A stretch of DNA of 64,000 nt from Octopus vulgaris (Eukaryota). Positions 40,006 through 56,043 of this stretch are shown here, piece after piece; the first letter of the stretch is position 1, and the number at the start of each line of letters is the position of its first letter. The stretch spans positions 18,476,001-18,540,000 of the forward strand of contig OX597825.1 of assembly GCA_951406725.2 (NCBI GenBank). Reading direction: 5' to 3'. The notes beneath the pieces are model-generated. The model ran no database searches. It saw nothing but the letters and a program-made list of their open reading frames with translations, and was not told where the DNA came from. Position numbers and translations under genes: made by a program.

Positions 40006-40425
40006 AGAGTATAGTTTTGTTTGTAGTACAAGCTTTAGAGGAAATGTTCTCAGCGCATAATTAGCCCTGACCCGGTTGAACTGTAATCAAATGATTTTTA
40101 TTCGTAAAGTGAGAGATCGAACCCTAGTTGCAGCATGGAGACTTGTATACCTTAATAAACCCTGAGAGCCATACTAGCTTCTAGTAGGGTCTGCCATGCT
40201 ATGCAGATCAAAAGCATTTAAGCCAGTGTAATATAGAACACCTCTTCGCAGAAATAAAAATGGATTTGCGTAGAGTACAGAAGTATTGATGACTGTTAAA
40301 ATCTAGCAAGACCTGTGAGAGGAAAGCCATCCCAAAGTCGAGAACAGCGGAGAAAAGTTATGGATGGGATGTGCTCCAACAGTCAAATAAGTAGCAGTGG
40401 GATACGAAGCCGTTTACTTGCTAAT

Positions 40426-40525
40426 NNNNNNNNNNNNNNNNNNNNNNNNNNNNNNNNNNNNNNNNNNNNNNNNNNNNNNNNNNNNNNNNNNNNNNNNNNN
40501 NNNNNNNNNNNNNNNNNNNNNNNNN
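40426..40525. other. Assembly gap (100 N)
   Basis: Run of N. Confidence 1.
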
Positions 40526-40549
40526 TTTCCGTCCGGTGTGCTAACGTTT

Positions 40550-40832
40550 CTTATTTCTTTACTGCCCACTCAAAACGCAATACCGGCAGACGAAATACCT
40601 ATTTCTTTACTACCCACAAGGGGATAAACACAGAGAGGACAAACAAGAACAGCCAAACGGATTAAGTCGATTACATCGACCCCAGTGCGTAAATGGTACT
40701 TATTTAATCGACCCCGAAAGGATGAAAGGCAAAGTCGACCTCGGCGGAATTTGAACTCAGAACGTAGCGGCAGACGAAATACTGCCAAGCAATACGCCCG
40801 GCGCGCTAATGTTTCTGCCAGCTCACCGCCTT
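40550..40832 (-). mobile_element. SINE family B with a remnant second unit
   Basis: Full copy at about 40600-40832, plus the same gacgaaatacc|tatttcttt junction seen in the 13141 trimer. Confidence 0.85.
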
Positions 40833-42037
40833 ATTCTAGGTAATATATTAAAAAAAAAAGTAAACATCACCATCGGATTGAAATGTTAGTCATTATTGAA
40901 ACTGATGTAATCCCAAATGATGTCATCACATATCCTCAGCTAAAAAATGTAACCAATCGAAAACAACTCTCAACGACATTCTCAACAATTTCCTTCGACC
41001 CCACGACTTCCTGCGATATCTCATCTCTCTCTTAGTGACACACGCTGCTACTTATATGTGTTCGGCTAGTCCATTCTCATTGGGGGGCGGTGTCATTGTT
41101 CTTGCCATATTACAAATATGCATACATACATACATACACACACACACACTCACACACACACTTACACAAGCACATATATTCCTTTGTATATGGGTGTTAT
41201 ATGTTTGTATAGATAGGTGCATATATTTGAATCTGCACTTTTGCCGGTATATACCGGAACATGCTATTGCATCCCTAAACGTCCAAAATACAACTTCGAC
41301 TTCGGAAGAATTTAGGGGGTAAAAAAAAATCATAATAATCAATGCCTGATCAACATATTTACTGGAACGCGAAAAAAAGCTCTTTAAAGCAGTAACTCAT
41401 CATGGTCGTTGTCCAATGATTAAGACCAGCAGAAAATATGTAAAAGACATATTTATATCTTGCATCTTTGAATATCGCTACAGATTCTAGAGCGGCCAGC
41501 GTTTCCTTTTCTTGAAAACATCATCTTGTATTACAGTCAACATTATTATCTTTATCAATGGAATGGTGAACATGAAATAAAAATAGAATAAACAAAAAAA
41601 AACGAAAAAAACTTGTTTAAACAACTAGTCTGATGTCACAATCACAACTGCCATTAGTTTCCCTACCACAGCCACCACCACCACCACCACCACCACCGCC
41701 GCCATTATTAGATATATCATTAACATCGCCATCATTACAAGGACCATACCTACCACCACCTCAACCGCCGCGAACACAACCACCACCACCAACAACAATT
41801 ACACTACCGTCATAATCATTATCATTATCAGCGGCAGTAGTAGCAGCACCAGCAACACCACCGCCTCAACCACTTCCAATAGTACGACGGGGAAGAAAAA
41901 AAAAATCATTGATAACACTAACAACTTTATCATAAACACACATCATCTCATTCAGCACGTCATAACAAAGGTGATAAGCATTGACATCTGTCTCTGACAC
42001 AAATTACAGTAAGCCTTTGAACCAAGGACAATTTACA

Positions 42038-42345
<308 letters not shown>

Positions 42346-43647
42346 TTTCTTTATATTAACCACAAGAGTTAACATTAAGAAAAACATTATGGACGGAACA
42401 GAACAAAACAAATAATGTGTGTGTATGTGTGTGAGTGTGCTATGTTGTGAGGGTTCCCTTCCCTATCGCAGTTACTTCCCCCTGTATGTAGAACAAATAA
42501 TGTAACCTCTAAATGGTTACACAACTTGCTAGAAACATCAGTCACATTTTCTTCCAGTCAGTATTCACAGAAGTAAAAGAAGAATTATTGTATTTATGCG
42601 CGTAGAAGTCGTAATTTAGTGTTAAATATTGATGCAAACATTTTTTCATTCTTGTAGTTTTAGCTTTGACCCTCATGTAAGTCGTCTCCCCCCCCCCTTT
42701 TTTTTTTCTTTCAGTTAAAAGTAGAAAATAATGTGTCATATACATGTTTAAATCAGGTATATATTTTGATTAGAAACAGTAAACCAGATGGTCACGATTG
42801 GAGATCATTTGAGCATACACAGCTTCTTCGAAAGAGCAAGCGCAGAATCACCATTAACAACAACAGCAACAACAAAATCATTGAAGAGCAAGTAATTCAA
42901 CTGTTGTAAAAATTGTGAACATTCTCGAATATAAGAAGATACATATGTGGTCATACATCTGACTAGAAATAGAAACCAAACTTCACTGATAACTCTACTT
43001 ACTCCTTTGAAAAAATAGAAAGAAACTTTTAACAATGTAATCCACGATTTATAAAGTTGGAAGAGTAATAGCTAGAATGCATTTAATTACATGTTTGCTA
43101 GCATGAGCTGAGATTTCTTCAATTATCACTAACAAAGAGCTACCTTTAACAAAAGCAATTACAACATGGATATTTAAACTTTGTCAACATGGAGAAAATA
43201 TTACAAGTGCGATCATCTCTTTAAAACTCATTTTTCCCATCGTCAAAAATAACAAAACGAAGATATATGTGTCTCCGCAGTGGTTCAAACTGCTAGCAAC
43301 ATATTTTAGTTGCTAAACGTAGGAACACACTTCTTCACGTTACAACCTACTATAAGTAAAGAAATGGGAATATACGATAAACTGGTCAATGTTGTTATAA
43401 ATATATTTCTTTAGTTACTTGGATAAGATTCGGCCAGTAATGTTCCAAGCCATGACTAACTTAATAGCATCACGTGGAAAAGATATTTAATCAGGTTTCA
43501 TGTTACATTCATATTTTAGACACCATAGAGTTACGCGTTTATTTTTACTGATAAAGTTCTGCGATTTATTCGAGATTTGCGGGAGGAACCTGTCCAAAAA
43601 TCATATGAATGTTATGTAATATTTTTCCTCCTTTCTGTAACTTGTTG

Positions 43648-43958
43648 ATGCACGTGATTTATTGTTTAGGGGTATTCCGCTCACGATCGCAAGGTCTTAA
43701 GTTCGATTCTGGCGTTGTGTTGTACTCTTGAGTAAGGTACTTTATGTCACGTTGCTCTAGTCCTCTGAGCTAGCAACATGAGTTGTATCTATAATTTAAA
43801 GAGTCTGTCACATTCTATGTCACGCTGAATCTCCATAAGTACTATATTAAGGTTACACGTGTCTGTGGAGTGCTCAGCCACATGCACGTTAATTTCACGA
43901 GCAGCACCTGTTCCGTTGATCGGATCAACTGAAACCTTTGTCGTCGACGGAGTGCTAC
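43648..43958 (+). mobile_element. Diverged tRNA/CORE-like SINE family E
   Basis: 'aagttcgattctgg...tcttgagtaaggtactttatgtcacgttgctctagtcc' head and CORE, followed by a distinct tail. Confidence 0.65.
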
Positions 43959-44278
43959 TTTTGTCATGGCAATTGGTAAAAGGGAGCAGAACCAGTTGAG
44001 GGCAAATGGTTCTATTCTAGTGTTTGTTATGTTAGTACTCTTTTTGAAATTCAGACGTACGATTCTTGTATTCATCCCATTGTGAAAAATGGAATGAGTT
44101 GATTTGCAATTTCTTGTGAGGGTACTGTAGGGTTTGCTAATATTAGATAGCAAGACTGGCGTTACATTATGGATTATCCTTTGTGCGGATGTTATTCATA
44201 GTTCAATAATGTTCTGGCAACTTGCATCACATTCATTGCAGATTATGAATGATAACTTATCCAATATTTAAGTATCAT

Positions 44279-44660
44279 GCGTAGGAGTGGCTGTATGGTA
44301 AGTAGCTTGCTTACGAACCACATGGTTCCGGGTTCTGTCCCATTGCGTGACACTTTGACCAAGTGTCTTCTGCTATAGCTTCGGGTCGACCAAAGGCTTG
44401 TGAGTGTATTTGGTAGACGGAAACTGAAAGAAGCCCGTCGTATATATGTATGTGTGTGTATGTTTGTGTGTATGTGCTTGTCCCCCAACATCGCTTGACA
44501 ACCGATGCTGGTGTGTTTACATTCCCGTAACTTAGCTGTTCGGCAAAAGAGACCGATATAATACGTTCCAAGCTTCCAAAGAATGAGTCCTGGGGTCGAT
44601 TTGCTCGACTAAAAGCATGGCCACAGTCACATGACTGAAACAAGTAAAAGAGTAAAAGAT
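44279..44660 (+). mobile_element. SINE family A, full length
   Basis: Matches the family consensus. Confidence 0.92.
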
Positions 44661-45010
44661 TATCTTTGTGATTAAGAAAATCAACAACGGAACAGCACTA
44701 AGTTATTAATAAATTCACTAATATCCAGATTTCTGAACATCATAAATGCCGGGAGAATACAGATGAATTTGAAAGAGTCAGTCTTGTTTGTATTTCATAT
44801 TACAATCACAAAGGAACAACTTCCCTTGATTTGACATAAAACGTAGTGCTCAAATTTTTTAGTTGATGCTGCTTTTGAAAGTTATTATAGAGTAGGATTA
44901 TAAGGAAACACGACCTAAAATAGGAAAGAGTGAAACATAGGCACAATACTTGCAATATTCAGCGTATTCATGTCTCGCTGGGTAAGAAAGCAGCAGTTCG
45001 TTAGTTTGCG

Positions 45011-45183
45011 AGGCGCAGGAGTCGCTGTGTGGTAAATAGCTTGCTTACAAACCACATGGTTCCGGGTTCAGTCCAACTGCGTCTAACCTTGGGCAAGAGT
45101 CTTCTGCTATAGCCTCGGGCCGACCAAAGCTTTGTGAGTGGATTTGGTAGACGGAAACTGAAAGAAGTCCGTCGTATATATGC

Positions 45184-45273
<90 letters not shown>

Positions 45274-45446
45274 ATCCCCCAACATCGCTTGACAACTGAT
45301 GCTGGTGTGTTTGCGTCCCCGTAAATTAGCGGTTCGGCAAAAGAGACCGATAGAATAAATACTAGGCTTACAAAGAATAAGTCCTGTGGTCGATTTGCGG
45401 TGCTCCAGCATGGCCGCAGTCAAATGATTGAAACAGGAAAAGAGTA
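45011..45446 (+). mobile_element. SINE family A, full length, with long internal (TG)n
   Basis: Matches the family consensus. Confidence 0.93.
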
Positions 45447-45720
45447 TAACGCAAGGCCGCATAGTCCGTGCAAAATTATTTGCTTATATGCACCTCGCTG
45501 TTTCACTAGTACATATTATACCCTTCACGGAAGGCTCGATGAGCGAGAAATTCGATTTTTGCGACATTTAGACTCAGAACGTATTGGACCAGAACTAAGT
45601 ACTGCAGGATATGTTCTCACCATTCGGAAATATCGTCTCAAGCTCAATCATTTATGCTAATCTGCAAAGTTTCCACGGCAATACTAATTAAAATTTCACG
45701 ACCAGTATACTTATATGTGT

Positions 45721-46030
45721 AGGAGGCGCAATGGCCCAGTGGTTAGGGCAGCGGACTCGCGGTCGGATGATCGCGGTTTCGATTCCCAGACCGGGCTTTG
45801 TGTGTGTTTATTGAGCGAAAACACCTAAAGCTCCATGAGGCTCCGACAGTGGGGAATGGGGGTAGCGACCCCTGTTCTAATATTTTGCCCCAACTTTCTC
45901 TCACTCTTTCTTCCTGGTTCTTGGGTAACGCTGCGATGGACTGGCGTTCCGTCCACCTGGGGGGAACGCATGCGCCACAGAAACCGGGAAACCGGGCCCG
46001 TGAGCCTGGCTAGGCTTGAAAAGGGCGCAT
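45721..46030 (+). mobile_element. tRNA-derived SINE family C (V-domain-like), full length, with target-site duplication
   Basis: tggcccagtggtt A box, ggtttcgattccc B box, gctgcgatggactggcg motif. 'atacttatatgtg' flanks both sides (about 45707 and 46048). Confidence 0.9.
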
Positions 46031-46794
46031 AAATAAAAATAAATAAGATACTTATATGTGAGTAACAAAGATATAGTTTTAAGTCAAAAGGTAACGACTT
46101 ATAAACCAGTAAAATTTACATCATCATCAGCCACTACACACCCAAACGCCATGACGTGAAAGATATTTGGTGATATAGAAGACGAAATGATTCTCAGATC
46201 CTACAAATACTTCATTTAACAGGAATATGACAACAACAAGAGCAACATAGGGATGGTTTTAACATCCAGGTAATAGCGAATTCGAAGAAACTTTATGGAA
46301 AAATACAGGGCCGTATAGTAATGATCACACGAGCTATTAATCCATTTTATAACCAATACAAAAGCACTACGTTATCACACGATATTGTTTAACACAATAC
46401 GAAGACCGCAATCGATATCTTGAATCTATCAAATCTCTATAATTGATATATTGATCTATGTTATAAAATGTTTACTAAAACATCAAAAGCAAAAAAAAAA
46501 AAAAATCAGTTGCTGTAATAGGTAGAAAAGCGTCTACGTAATACGCGACCTACATTGGCACTGTCTCACGAAGTCAGTGAGCTAAGTTAGAAAAAGCAAC
46601 GAATTTCCCTAACATTAATCTCAATTGTCTTTAAATCTTTTTTAAAATCTTTAAAATGTAAGGACATAATAGCCAGTGTAGCCCTACATATAACAAATGA
46701 CGGAAAAGTCATATCTGGAAGGTCTTTGCTCATTTGTCTACTATGAGTGTGCTGCTAGACTTTGAGCTAAACAACAACAACTCTGACAACCATA

Positions 46795-47615
46795 ATCTTT
46801 TTAGTCATTATATTGGCCATAAAGGCCTTACAGAGAAGGGAAGCTACGGGCTGGACACAGACATAATGTTATATGAAATGACAAATGAAAATGATGATAA
46901 ATGAGGGCAAGAAGCAACGCCCGCCCATTGCTGTTTACTCAAGAACATTGATCTTTTATATTACATATAAGAGGCAACAAACAATTCAATAACAAAATTC
47001 ATTTACGAGGCAACAAATCACTTACATTGTTCACAATTCAAAAAACAAAATGAGGTATTAAGCCTCTTACTTTTATTATCAATTATAAACTTTCCTGCCC
47101 GACCAGGCTCCTCGCCTCATTCAAACACCTGGACGGTGCTAAATCGAGTCATATTAACATAAATCTAAAGGTCTCCTCGGGGAAGAAATCCATCACCCTG
47201 CACAAATCTGTCTCTCATATGACCTCCGCAGCCACCTGCGAAGGCCAGTCAGGGTCCTCAATACAGGATAGAATCCCTTCTCTCCAGATTTTATTTTTAA
47301 ACTTTTTAACGAAGCTATCCAGTGACCCCCATCCTTTATGGAAGAGGATCACAAATTTCTAATCCTTTGCATGGGAAGGGCCTACAGGTTCTACCTTCGG
47401 TGGCACAATTCCCACCGAAGGAGCTTCGAGACACGCCAGCAGTGTATCACAAACCGCTGGCAATGTCCTGTTTTTCTGTTTCTTCTATTTTTTTCCTTCA
47501 GCCACGGGAGAGTGGAGTTCTTCCGTTTTGTCCGGATGATCTTCCTTCCCTCCCGTACCCTTCGGATCCTTCGGTGGGCAACCATTAGTGGGCAATAGCA
47601 TTATCCAACGAAGAA
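46795..47615 (-). mobile_element. Unclassified retroelement-like fragment with a decayed ORF and 3' UTR
   Basis: GC-richer block with a disrupted minus-strand frame (KNKIWREGILSCIEDPDWPSQVAAEV...). Minus end 'gcctttatggccaatataa' resembles the terminus at 58760-58781. Confidence 0.4.
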
Positions 47616-48834
47616 ACTTTAAGTGGTTGAATCACCTGCAAGAAATAGTTGTCAAATATCTTCGAGTCACACACTACAATCGTAAAAAAAGGAAGAACGT
47701 TTTAACCATGTAGTCCTTGACATATAGAAAAAAACAACATTAGGATGGTTGAATCTGGAAAGTCTTTGATCATTGCTCACCTTGAACACGGCTGCCTTGG
47801 GGTTAAACAACTATAATAACAACAGCAACTATGAGAAACTCAACAAAAACAAAACAAATATGTAATGACCAAGATTAAACCATTAGAACAAAGCGACGCG
47901 AGAAGCGGCAGCGCCATGGCAGCAGCAGTAGCAGCAACAGGAGCAGCTATGCTATCATTTGAAACTTTAATTAAAAAGGGAATAAATTTAAGGATTTCGC
48001 AGCCGTCAATAACAAAAAAAAAATTAATAAAAACATATATATATACTTTATAGAATATGAACGTTATGATGATGTCGCAGGAAAAATACAAAAAAAAAAA
48101 GTTAAAATGTTGAGGCGTTTCTTTATAAACATGGATTTGATAGTTTAATCTAGCAAATTGATTTTAACTACCAAAGGCACATAAAATAAATTGTTTGATC
48201 GCGGCTTTTGCTGCAGTTTTTCTACTGCTCTATAATAACTTTACAAACCACAAGCTTTAAGAATCGCCCATTCCGCACACTACCACCGAACAGGATACAT
48301 ACCGCCCACTGTACAAACATCCCATCTGTATGAAGCATAGATTGTAAAAACCATCCACTATACAAACACATACAAACTACCATGCAAGAGCCAAAATCTA
48401 GGCAGCCATTTTATGCGATAACCATCAACAATAAATATGCAGGAGAGCCAGCTATAAAATACTTGTCGATCAATAAATAGGCATGTTTGTTTATGGATGT
48501 ACATGTACATGCGTTGATAAAATTAAATCTATATCTTCCTTCCTTGTTTCCCTCCTATCCGAAATCTCTCATCCACTTCATATATTGTATACGTATATAT
48601 ATATATCTGTGTGTCTATGAGCGGACGTGTACGTGTAAGTATGGGCCTGTGTGTGTATGCGTGCTTGCGTATATTCAGTAGGGCCATTTCATCTGTGTGG
48701 ATCAATTGTTGCACAATTAGAGATATTTTGGAGTCGATGTGTCTGTAATACTGGATCCTTTGGACCAGTACGAAATTCGATTGCTCAGAACACAATGATA
48801 CTACTAACGCTACTACTACTACTACTACAAATAG

Positions 48835-48917
<83 letters not shown>

Positions 48918-48922
48918 TTAAA

Positions 48923-48953
<31 letters not shown>

Positions 48954-49209
48954 AAGAAGAAGAAGAAGAAGAAGAAGAAGAAGGATGAGGAAATAAGTTA
49001 TTAGATAAGGCACTTGAAGCGTAAGATTTCAAACCAATAATTTAAATCATTTAGGTACTCAAGCTTAAGTTTAGTGACTTTGTACAAGAATGTTGGAACT
49101 ATGCTCAGAATATCTCGATCTTGAAGTAGGTCTTTCGAAGGAAATGTATTCAAACTTGAAAGTTCAAAGTCTAGCTTTTACTCTCTCTCATATAAATATG
49201 TATATACGT

Positions 49210-49240
<31 letters not shown>

Positions 49241-49639
49241 TCGGAGAAGGAATGGTAGCACCCATAATCTTTTCCCATGATCTCCAGCTTCTTTCTTTCT
49301 TTCTTTCTTTCTTCCTTTCTTTCTTTCTTCCCTTCGTTCTTTCTTCCTTTCTTTCTTTCTTTCCTTCTTTCATCCTTCATGTATTTATTTCTGTTTTTCA
49401 TTTACTTAATTGAATAACGGGCAAACTATTTGAATATGCTTTATTCACTTGCCCTTGTAATCGTTCAGAAAATCTAATCTAGAATGATCGTGAGAAGTCT
49501 ATTAGTCATACTAATCGGTTTTTGTAAATGCATTCCTCAGAATTTTCAACCAGTCTGATAAATGCTAACTTCACGAGACTTACGGCCCTTCATCCACTCT
49601 AAAATCTCTGCCATTATATATATATATATATATATAAGG

Positions 49640-49970
49640 ACACCTTTCGGTCATGACTGACCATGGAATTCCATATAGAATGTTCCCCCCCCCCGAGGCA
49701 GAGGTCCGAGCAATATTGTTCATAGAAAACTAGCAGTCGCTCATGCATATCAGCCTCCCCTCTCCACGCTACAGGTGTTGTCCATGGGAAAAGGTGATAC
49801 AGCTTGGGGCCGGTGACGTAAGAACTGATTTCTATAGCTTAGTGAAACTAAAGCAACGTGAAAAAAAATGTACCTTTCTCAAGGACATAATAAACTGACC
49901 AGTCCGGGCATCGAACTCACTTCCTCATGATTGCGAGACTGATGATCTAACCACTGAGCCATATGTTCAT
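49640..49970 (-). mobile_element. CORE-like SINE family D, diverged
   Basis: Reverse complement of 31551-31875. Confidence 0.75.
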
Positions 49971-50194
49971 CTGTATAGTTGTATTCTCCTGTTTCTGTAA
50001 CTAATTCTAAAATTAATATTAATGGGGAAATTTCCCTCGTGATTAGAGATATACTCCGAGTACTTTCAACAACGAACATCACTAAACACGCTAAAGCGTA
50101 ACACAATTGTTTATACATGGATGTCAGATTAAATGGAAAAATAGCTAAAAACTTTCACATAAAATTTAAGGTATGTGGTGAGTGTGTTATGATC

Positions 50195-51418
50195 ATTACG
50201 CAACTGGTACATAATTAATCGAGTCCGAAAGAAAGAAAGAAAGAAAGAAAGAAAGAAATGCAAAGTCGACCTCGGCGGAATTTGAACTCACAACGTAACG
50301 GCAGACGAAATCTCTCTAAGCATTTCGCCCGTCATGCTACCGTTTCTGCTAGCTCGCCGCCTTCCCCTCCCCTCAAAATTGATGACCTGGAATACAGAAT
50401 TAGGAAGGTTTAGTATTTTTTTAAAAATCCAGATCGATAGTGTGTCAGACAAAATATATCAGAGTCTTAATTACTTTCCAGTGTAATTTTGGTTCAAATC
50501 CTGATTAATGCAACTTTCTTGGGTGGTTAAAATATACAGCAAGTAAAATCAAATTCTTTTATCTTTTTCACATTTCTAATATTGCACCAAAAAAAAAGAG
50601 ATCAATATATAATTATCGCTACCATATTGGCTGAGGCATTAGCAAAATCGTTACAGTGACCGATAAAATTCCTTGCGGTATATAATTGCATTTAATTGCA
50701 AATCTTTGAATTGTGGATAGAAATCCCGCCGAGGTTAATGTTACTAGTAATCCTTCCGGGGATTGATAAAATTAAGTACTAATCAAGTCATGGATTTTAT
50801 ATATCTGTTATACATATCACAGTTCGAGCCAATTGCCTCCATTGGTAATCATATCAACCATGGTGTTGTGTAGTTGTTTATAATTCCTGTATAACAAAAC
50901 AAACGCACGCGTTCACGCAAAAATACTGGGAACAAATCGTAATCACCTCATTATGATAAATATCGTTATCATTCGAATTTATCTTTAACTAGCACTATGA
51001 CCCGGCAGAATCATTAGCACACTGGGCGAAATGCTTTACGGCATTTCGTCCACCCTTACATTCTGAGTTCAAATTCCGCCGAGTTGACTTTGTCTTTCAT
51101 CCATTCGGGGTCGATAAAATATGCACCAGTTACTCACTGGGGGTCGATATAATTGACTAGCTACACTACTGCCCGGAGAAAGTTCAGACCATGTGCATAT
51201 ATTAGAAATTATTATTATTATTATTACTATTATTATTACTATTATTATTAGTATTATTATTGAGTGAGAGAGCAGTGCATATTGTTGTTGTTTTTGTTAT
51301 TGCTATTAAGGCGATGAGCTTGGCAGAATCGTTAGCACGACGGGCACGATGCTTAGTGGCATTTCATCGGTCTTTACGTTCTAAGTTCAAATTCCACCGA
51401 GGTCTACTTTGCCTTTCA
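50195..51418. mobile_element. Cluster of SINE B copies and fragments (- 50195-50363; + 50630-50800; + 51000-51210; + 51308-51418)
   Basis: Repeated 'gagttcaaattccgccgag...tttcatcc..cggggtcgataaaat' motifs. Confidence 0.8.
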
Positions 51419-51775
51419 GGACTCAAAGAAGGGACTGAAGAAATTTTAATTTGAGCACAAGACCAAAGACTCCTCACCATAAGTTACCAAAAACATATAA
51501 TGAAATGAAATATAAGTAACTGCAGAATATGGGAAGATGGTGAAAAAACATCCCATAATATTATCTCTGGCTTTCCAGTCCTAGCTAAGAAGGAATATAA
51601 TCACTGACACGACAGATTTGGGATCTACATACAGTAGAAGCTATGCCAACACCATAGAATAACAATAGAAAGGAAAGATGGTATAGGCACAAGCCAGAAA
51701 AGGTCACAGAAAATAAGAATGCAAGCATACTATGGGATATGCTAATACACAGATAACGAAATTAAGGCCAATCGT
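51416..51775 (+). pseudogene. Internal fragment of an R4/Dong-clade LINE (zinc-knuckle region to start of RLE)
   Basis: GLKEGTEEILI*AQDQ.L.T..YQKHI...NCRI....KTSHNIISG.PVLAKKEY...HD......KLCQ...WYRHKPEKVTENKNASILWDM. Confidence 0.85.
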
Positions 51776-51957
51776 TGTTATAAAGGAGAGATGAATACTT
51801 AGGAGGGTTCTAAGTTGACTTGCTGTAGCCTGATGTTAGTAATATATTTCCAACTGTATAATCTGTTGTGCGTATATGAAATAATAAAAATAACAACAGC
51901 AACAACGTCGACGACGACAACAACAACAACAATATTAATAATAATAATAATAATAAT

Positions 51958-52019
<62 letters not shown>

Positions 52020-52574
52020 CAATAATGCAATACGAGAGACTGTCTGTCATCGCTTTTGATCTTAAGTGATTGGAAATGTTATCATGTACGTTGTTTTGTC
52101 TTGGTATAAAAGATAAACTACTGCAGATATTCTGCTGAATACCACAGATTTGCTTGTCAGTTGTTTCACCTTAACCGGTTGAGCATATCCCTCAGTGGCT
52201 GATGATGCGTGCATCTCTCATTACGGGCAGAAGTAGTGGGGGAGCATCATAGCCATGTGCTGGGAGGAATTCTCTGGGGTTTCACTAATTCGTCTCTAGA
52301 AACATGGGTGTTTCGTTTAGCATCATTAAGGAACCTTTATTAGGGGAATTTTAGTGCCTGATGGGCAACTCGAACTGAAGAACATTCCACCTGGGCCTCC
52401 AACCTGCAAGGTCATGCGCTGTTTATCTTGATATGAGATCATCATGTCGTGCACATGTGTCTCTGATGCGTGTGCCTGGTGTACCCTTATCAGACGGGTA
52501 GTCATGATGGGTATATTGGCTTTTGTATATTTGTACCCATGTGTCATTCTGATGGCACACACTACTCACTCACG

Positions 52575-52576
<2 letters not shown>
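52020..52576 (+). mobile_element. Non-coding interspersed element embedded in (AAT)n/(ACT)n; possible Dong-dependent non-autonomous element
   Basis: Flanked by trinucleotide arrays on both sides. Its end 'cacactactcactcac' resembles the reverse complement of 'gagtgagagagcagtgcat', which abuts (ATT)n at 51262-51280. Confidence 0.4.
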
Positions 52577-52633
<57 letters not shown>

Positions 52634-53090
52634 ATAATAATAATAATAATAATAACAATAATAATAATGTGAAACAAAAGCAGTGTATACGTTTATTACT
52701 GGGAGAATGACCTTTCAGAGATACAAAAGAATTTGATTCAAAACAGAGAATTCACTTTAAGAATCTTGCAAATCATAAGCAATAATATGTGTGAGTGTGT
52801 GTGTGTGTGTGTGTGCGCGTGTGAGTGTGTGCGTGTGTGTGTGTGCATGCATGCGTGTGTGAGTGTGTGTGCGTTTGTATGCATGTAAGTATATATACAA
52901 AATGCGATGTTCATACTTCCCCACAGGTCAGAATTTCCATAGTCAAAGATTTTTGCAACCGGGACAGTTGAACGATGAACTTGATCAGTATAAAACGGAA
53001 TATTCATCACACCCATATTATATGGGTCTACTTGCAATTATATCATAGAAAAAAAAGGAAGAGAGAAGATTGTTAGCGACAAGGAAATTT

Positions 53091-53147
<57 letters not shown>

Positions 53148-53210
53148 ATACAAACACACACACACAGAAGGAGAGGGAGAGACAGATAAAGACTGACAGA
53201 TAGACAGGAA

Positions 53211-53608
<398 letters not shown>

Positions 53609-54063
53609 GAGATAACGAGAGAGGAGGGCGAGGATATAAATTTAGCACTTGGTGTGTCGAATCTTTAAGCATTATATAATATTTTAAACATAAATTACAG
53701 AACTGATTTAGTGCAATTTGTTAAACTTTAAAGAGAATATAACGCAGTCATGTAGTAATCACATTCTATCAAAAGTCAATATACTCGATGGCTTATCTTC
53801 CTTCCTTCCTCACTCTCCTTCTCTTTCTCTGTCTCTGTATCTGTTTCTCTTTCTCTCCCTCTCACAGACGCACACACGGGCACACTCACACTTCTATATA
53901 GAATCGTATGATTGTAAGCAATTCTCTTATTTAGTCGTGTGTGTTTGTAAATGTGTATGGCTAGGGAAAGGAATGTCATTAGCTGAATTATATCACACGG
54001 CCAACAGTCGTACGAATACACAATCCCAGTAGCACCATAATACACAACTTGACACAAGTATAA

Positions 54064-54121
<58 letters not shown>

Positions 54122-54177
54122 ACACTTACATGCGCACGCATATACACACACATATATATTTATATTATTTATATATG

Positions 54178-54225
<48 letters not shown>

Positions 54226-54759
54226 TAGAAAGAGAGAGAGAGATAAAGAGAGATAGGTTAATATAAACAATAAGTATATGTGTATAGATATATGAGTCTA
54301 TACGTATGTGTATTTACATATACATATACATATATATATATATATATATATGTTTACACACACATATACATACATGCAAACATACATACATACATACATA
54401 AATACATGCATACGTACATACATACATACATAAATATATACATACTTATAACATAAACACATACACAAGTTATTCATGATTGGAAACCGATGTTGTTTGA
54501 GCGCTCGTATAGACGCCCGCAGCAAACGCACCACGTACACACTCGCATACACTAACACGCGTATATATATATATAATATATATAGGTGCGTATTTTTCAG
54601 TCTCTCAACCGAAAATCAATTAAGATATTGACTTTATTTTGCCATTAATCACAAAGGGTTTTGCGAACAACGGCACTTAGTTTGCGCTTGTGAAACAAGG
54701 ATGTTTTAGTTCAAACAGTGAGGAAAAGAGAAAACCACGACAACGAAAATTTAATACAA

Positions 54760-55332
<573 letters not shown>

Positions 55333-56043
55333 TGTTCTTCCTAAAGTTACACCATTCTATAATGAATGCGGATGTCAACGATTCCAAGTAAGAAAATATT
55401 TACTTTCAGTTAAAATAAAATGTTAATCCTTATTATAAAGCCATAGATGTCACAACTTCTCATTTATCTTCCTTTTATCAATAGTGGATTTAACGAAGCC
55501 TGCTTGAATGTCTCTGCTTTCTGCTATGTAGATAATATGTTTTTAAAATTTCTGAGGAAGTTAAGTACTTTAAGTACACACCTTAAATGTTAGTATATTT
55601 GTATATCTTCATAGGCTATACCTACTAATTAAATTTATCTGTTTTTAGCGTCATTACTTCTGTTGGTTGACACTGTATCAATCCAGAATGAACAGATCTA
55701 TGATTCGAGGCATTCCACTATTAAATCTCCCACCATTTTTCTTGATATGTTTAAAACGATATTGCACACTTTTCTATTTAAATTAACAAGCTGTGATTTG
55801 AGGAAGATTTTGCTGGTCTTTTTAAATGTCCCAATGTCTATAAGAATTCTCCGCATTCTAATGATTTTAATATTGCTGTTTCTGCATTGTGCATATATAA
55901 CCTAATAATTTAGCTATTGAGGCAGGGTTTATTACTGTAAACCATAATGCAACTTGTCTTTTTACTGCTTTGTGATACGTTCATTTTTCAGTGTCTCGAC
56001 AGGCAAAATATATTTCGCTCAACCATCCATCCAACTTCAATCC

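Noticed and set aside
45721-45795. Functional tRNA gene (also 31242-31316 and 31551-31625)
   Set aside because: The acceptor stem does not pair and the sequence continues into a SINE body, so these are tRNA-derived heads.
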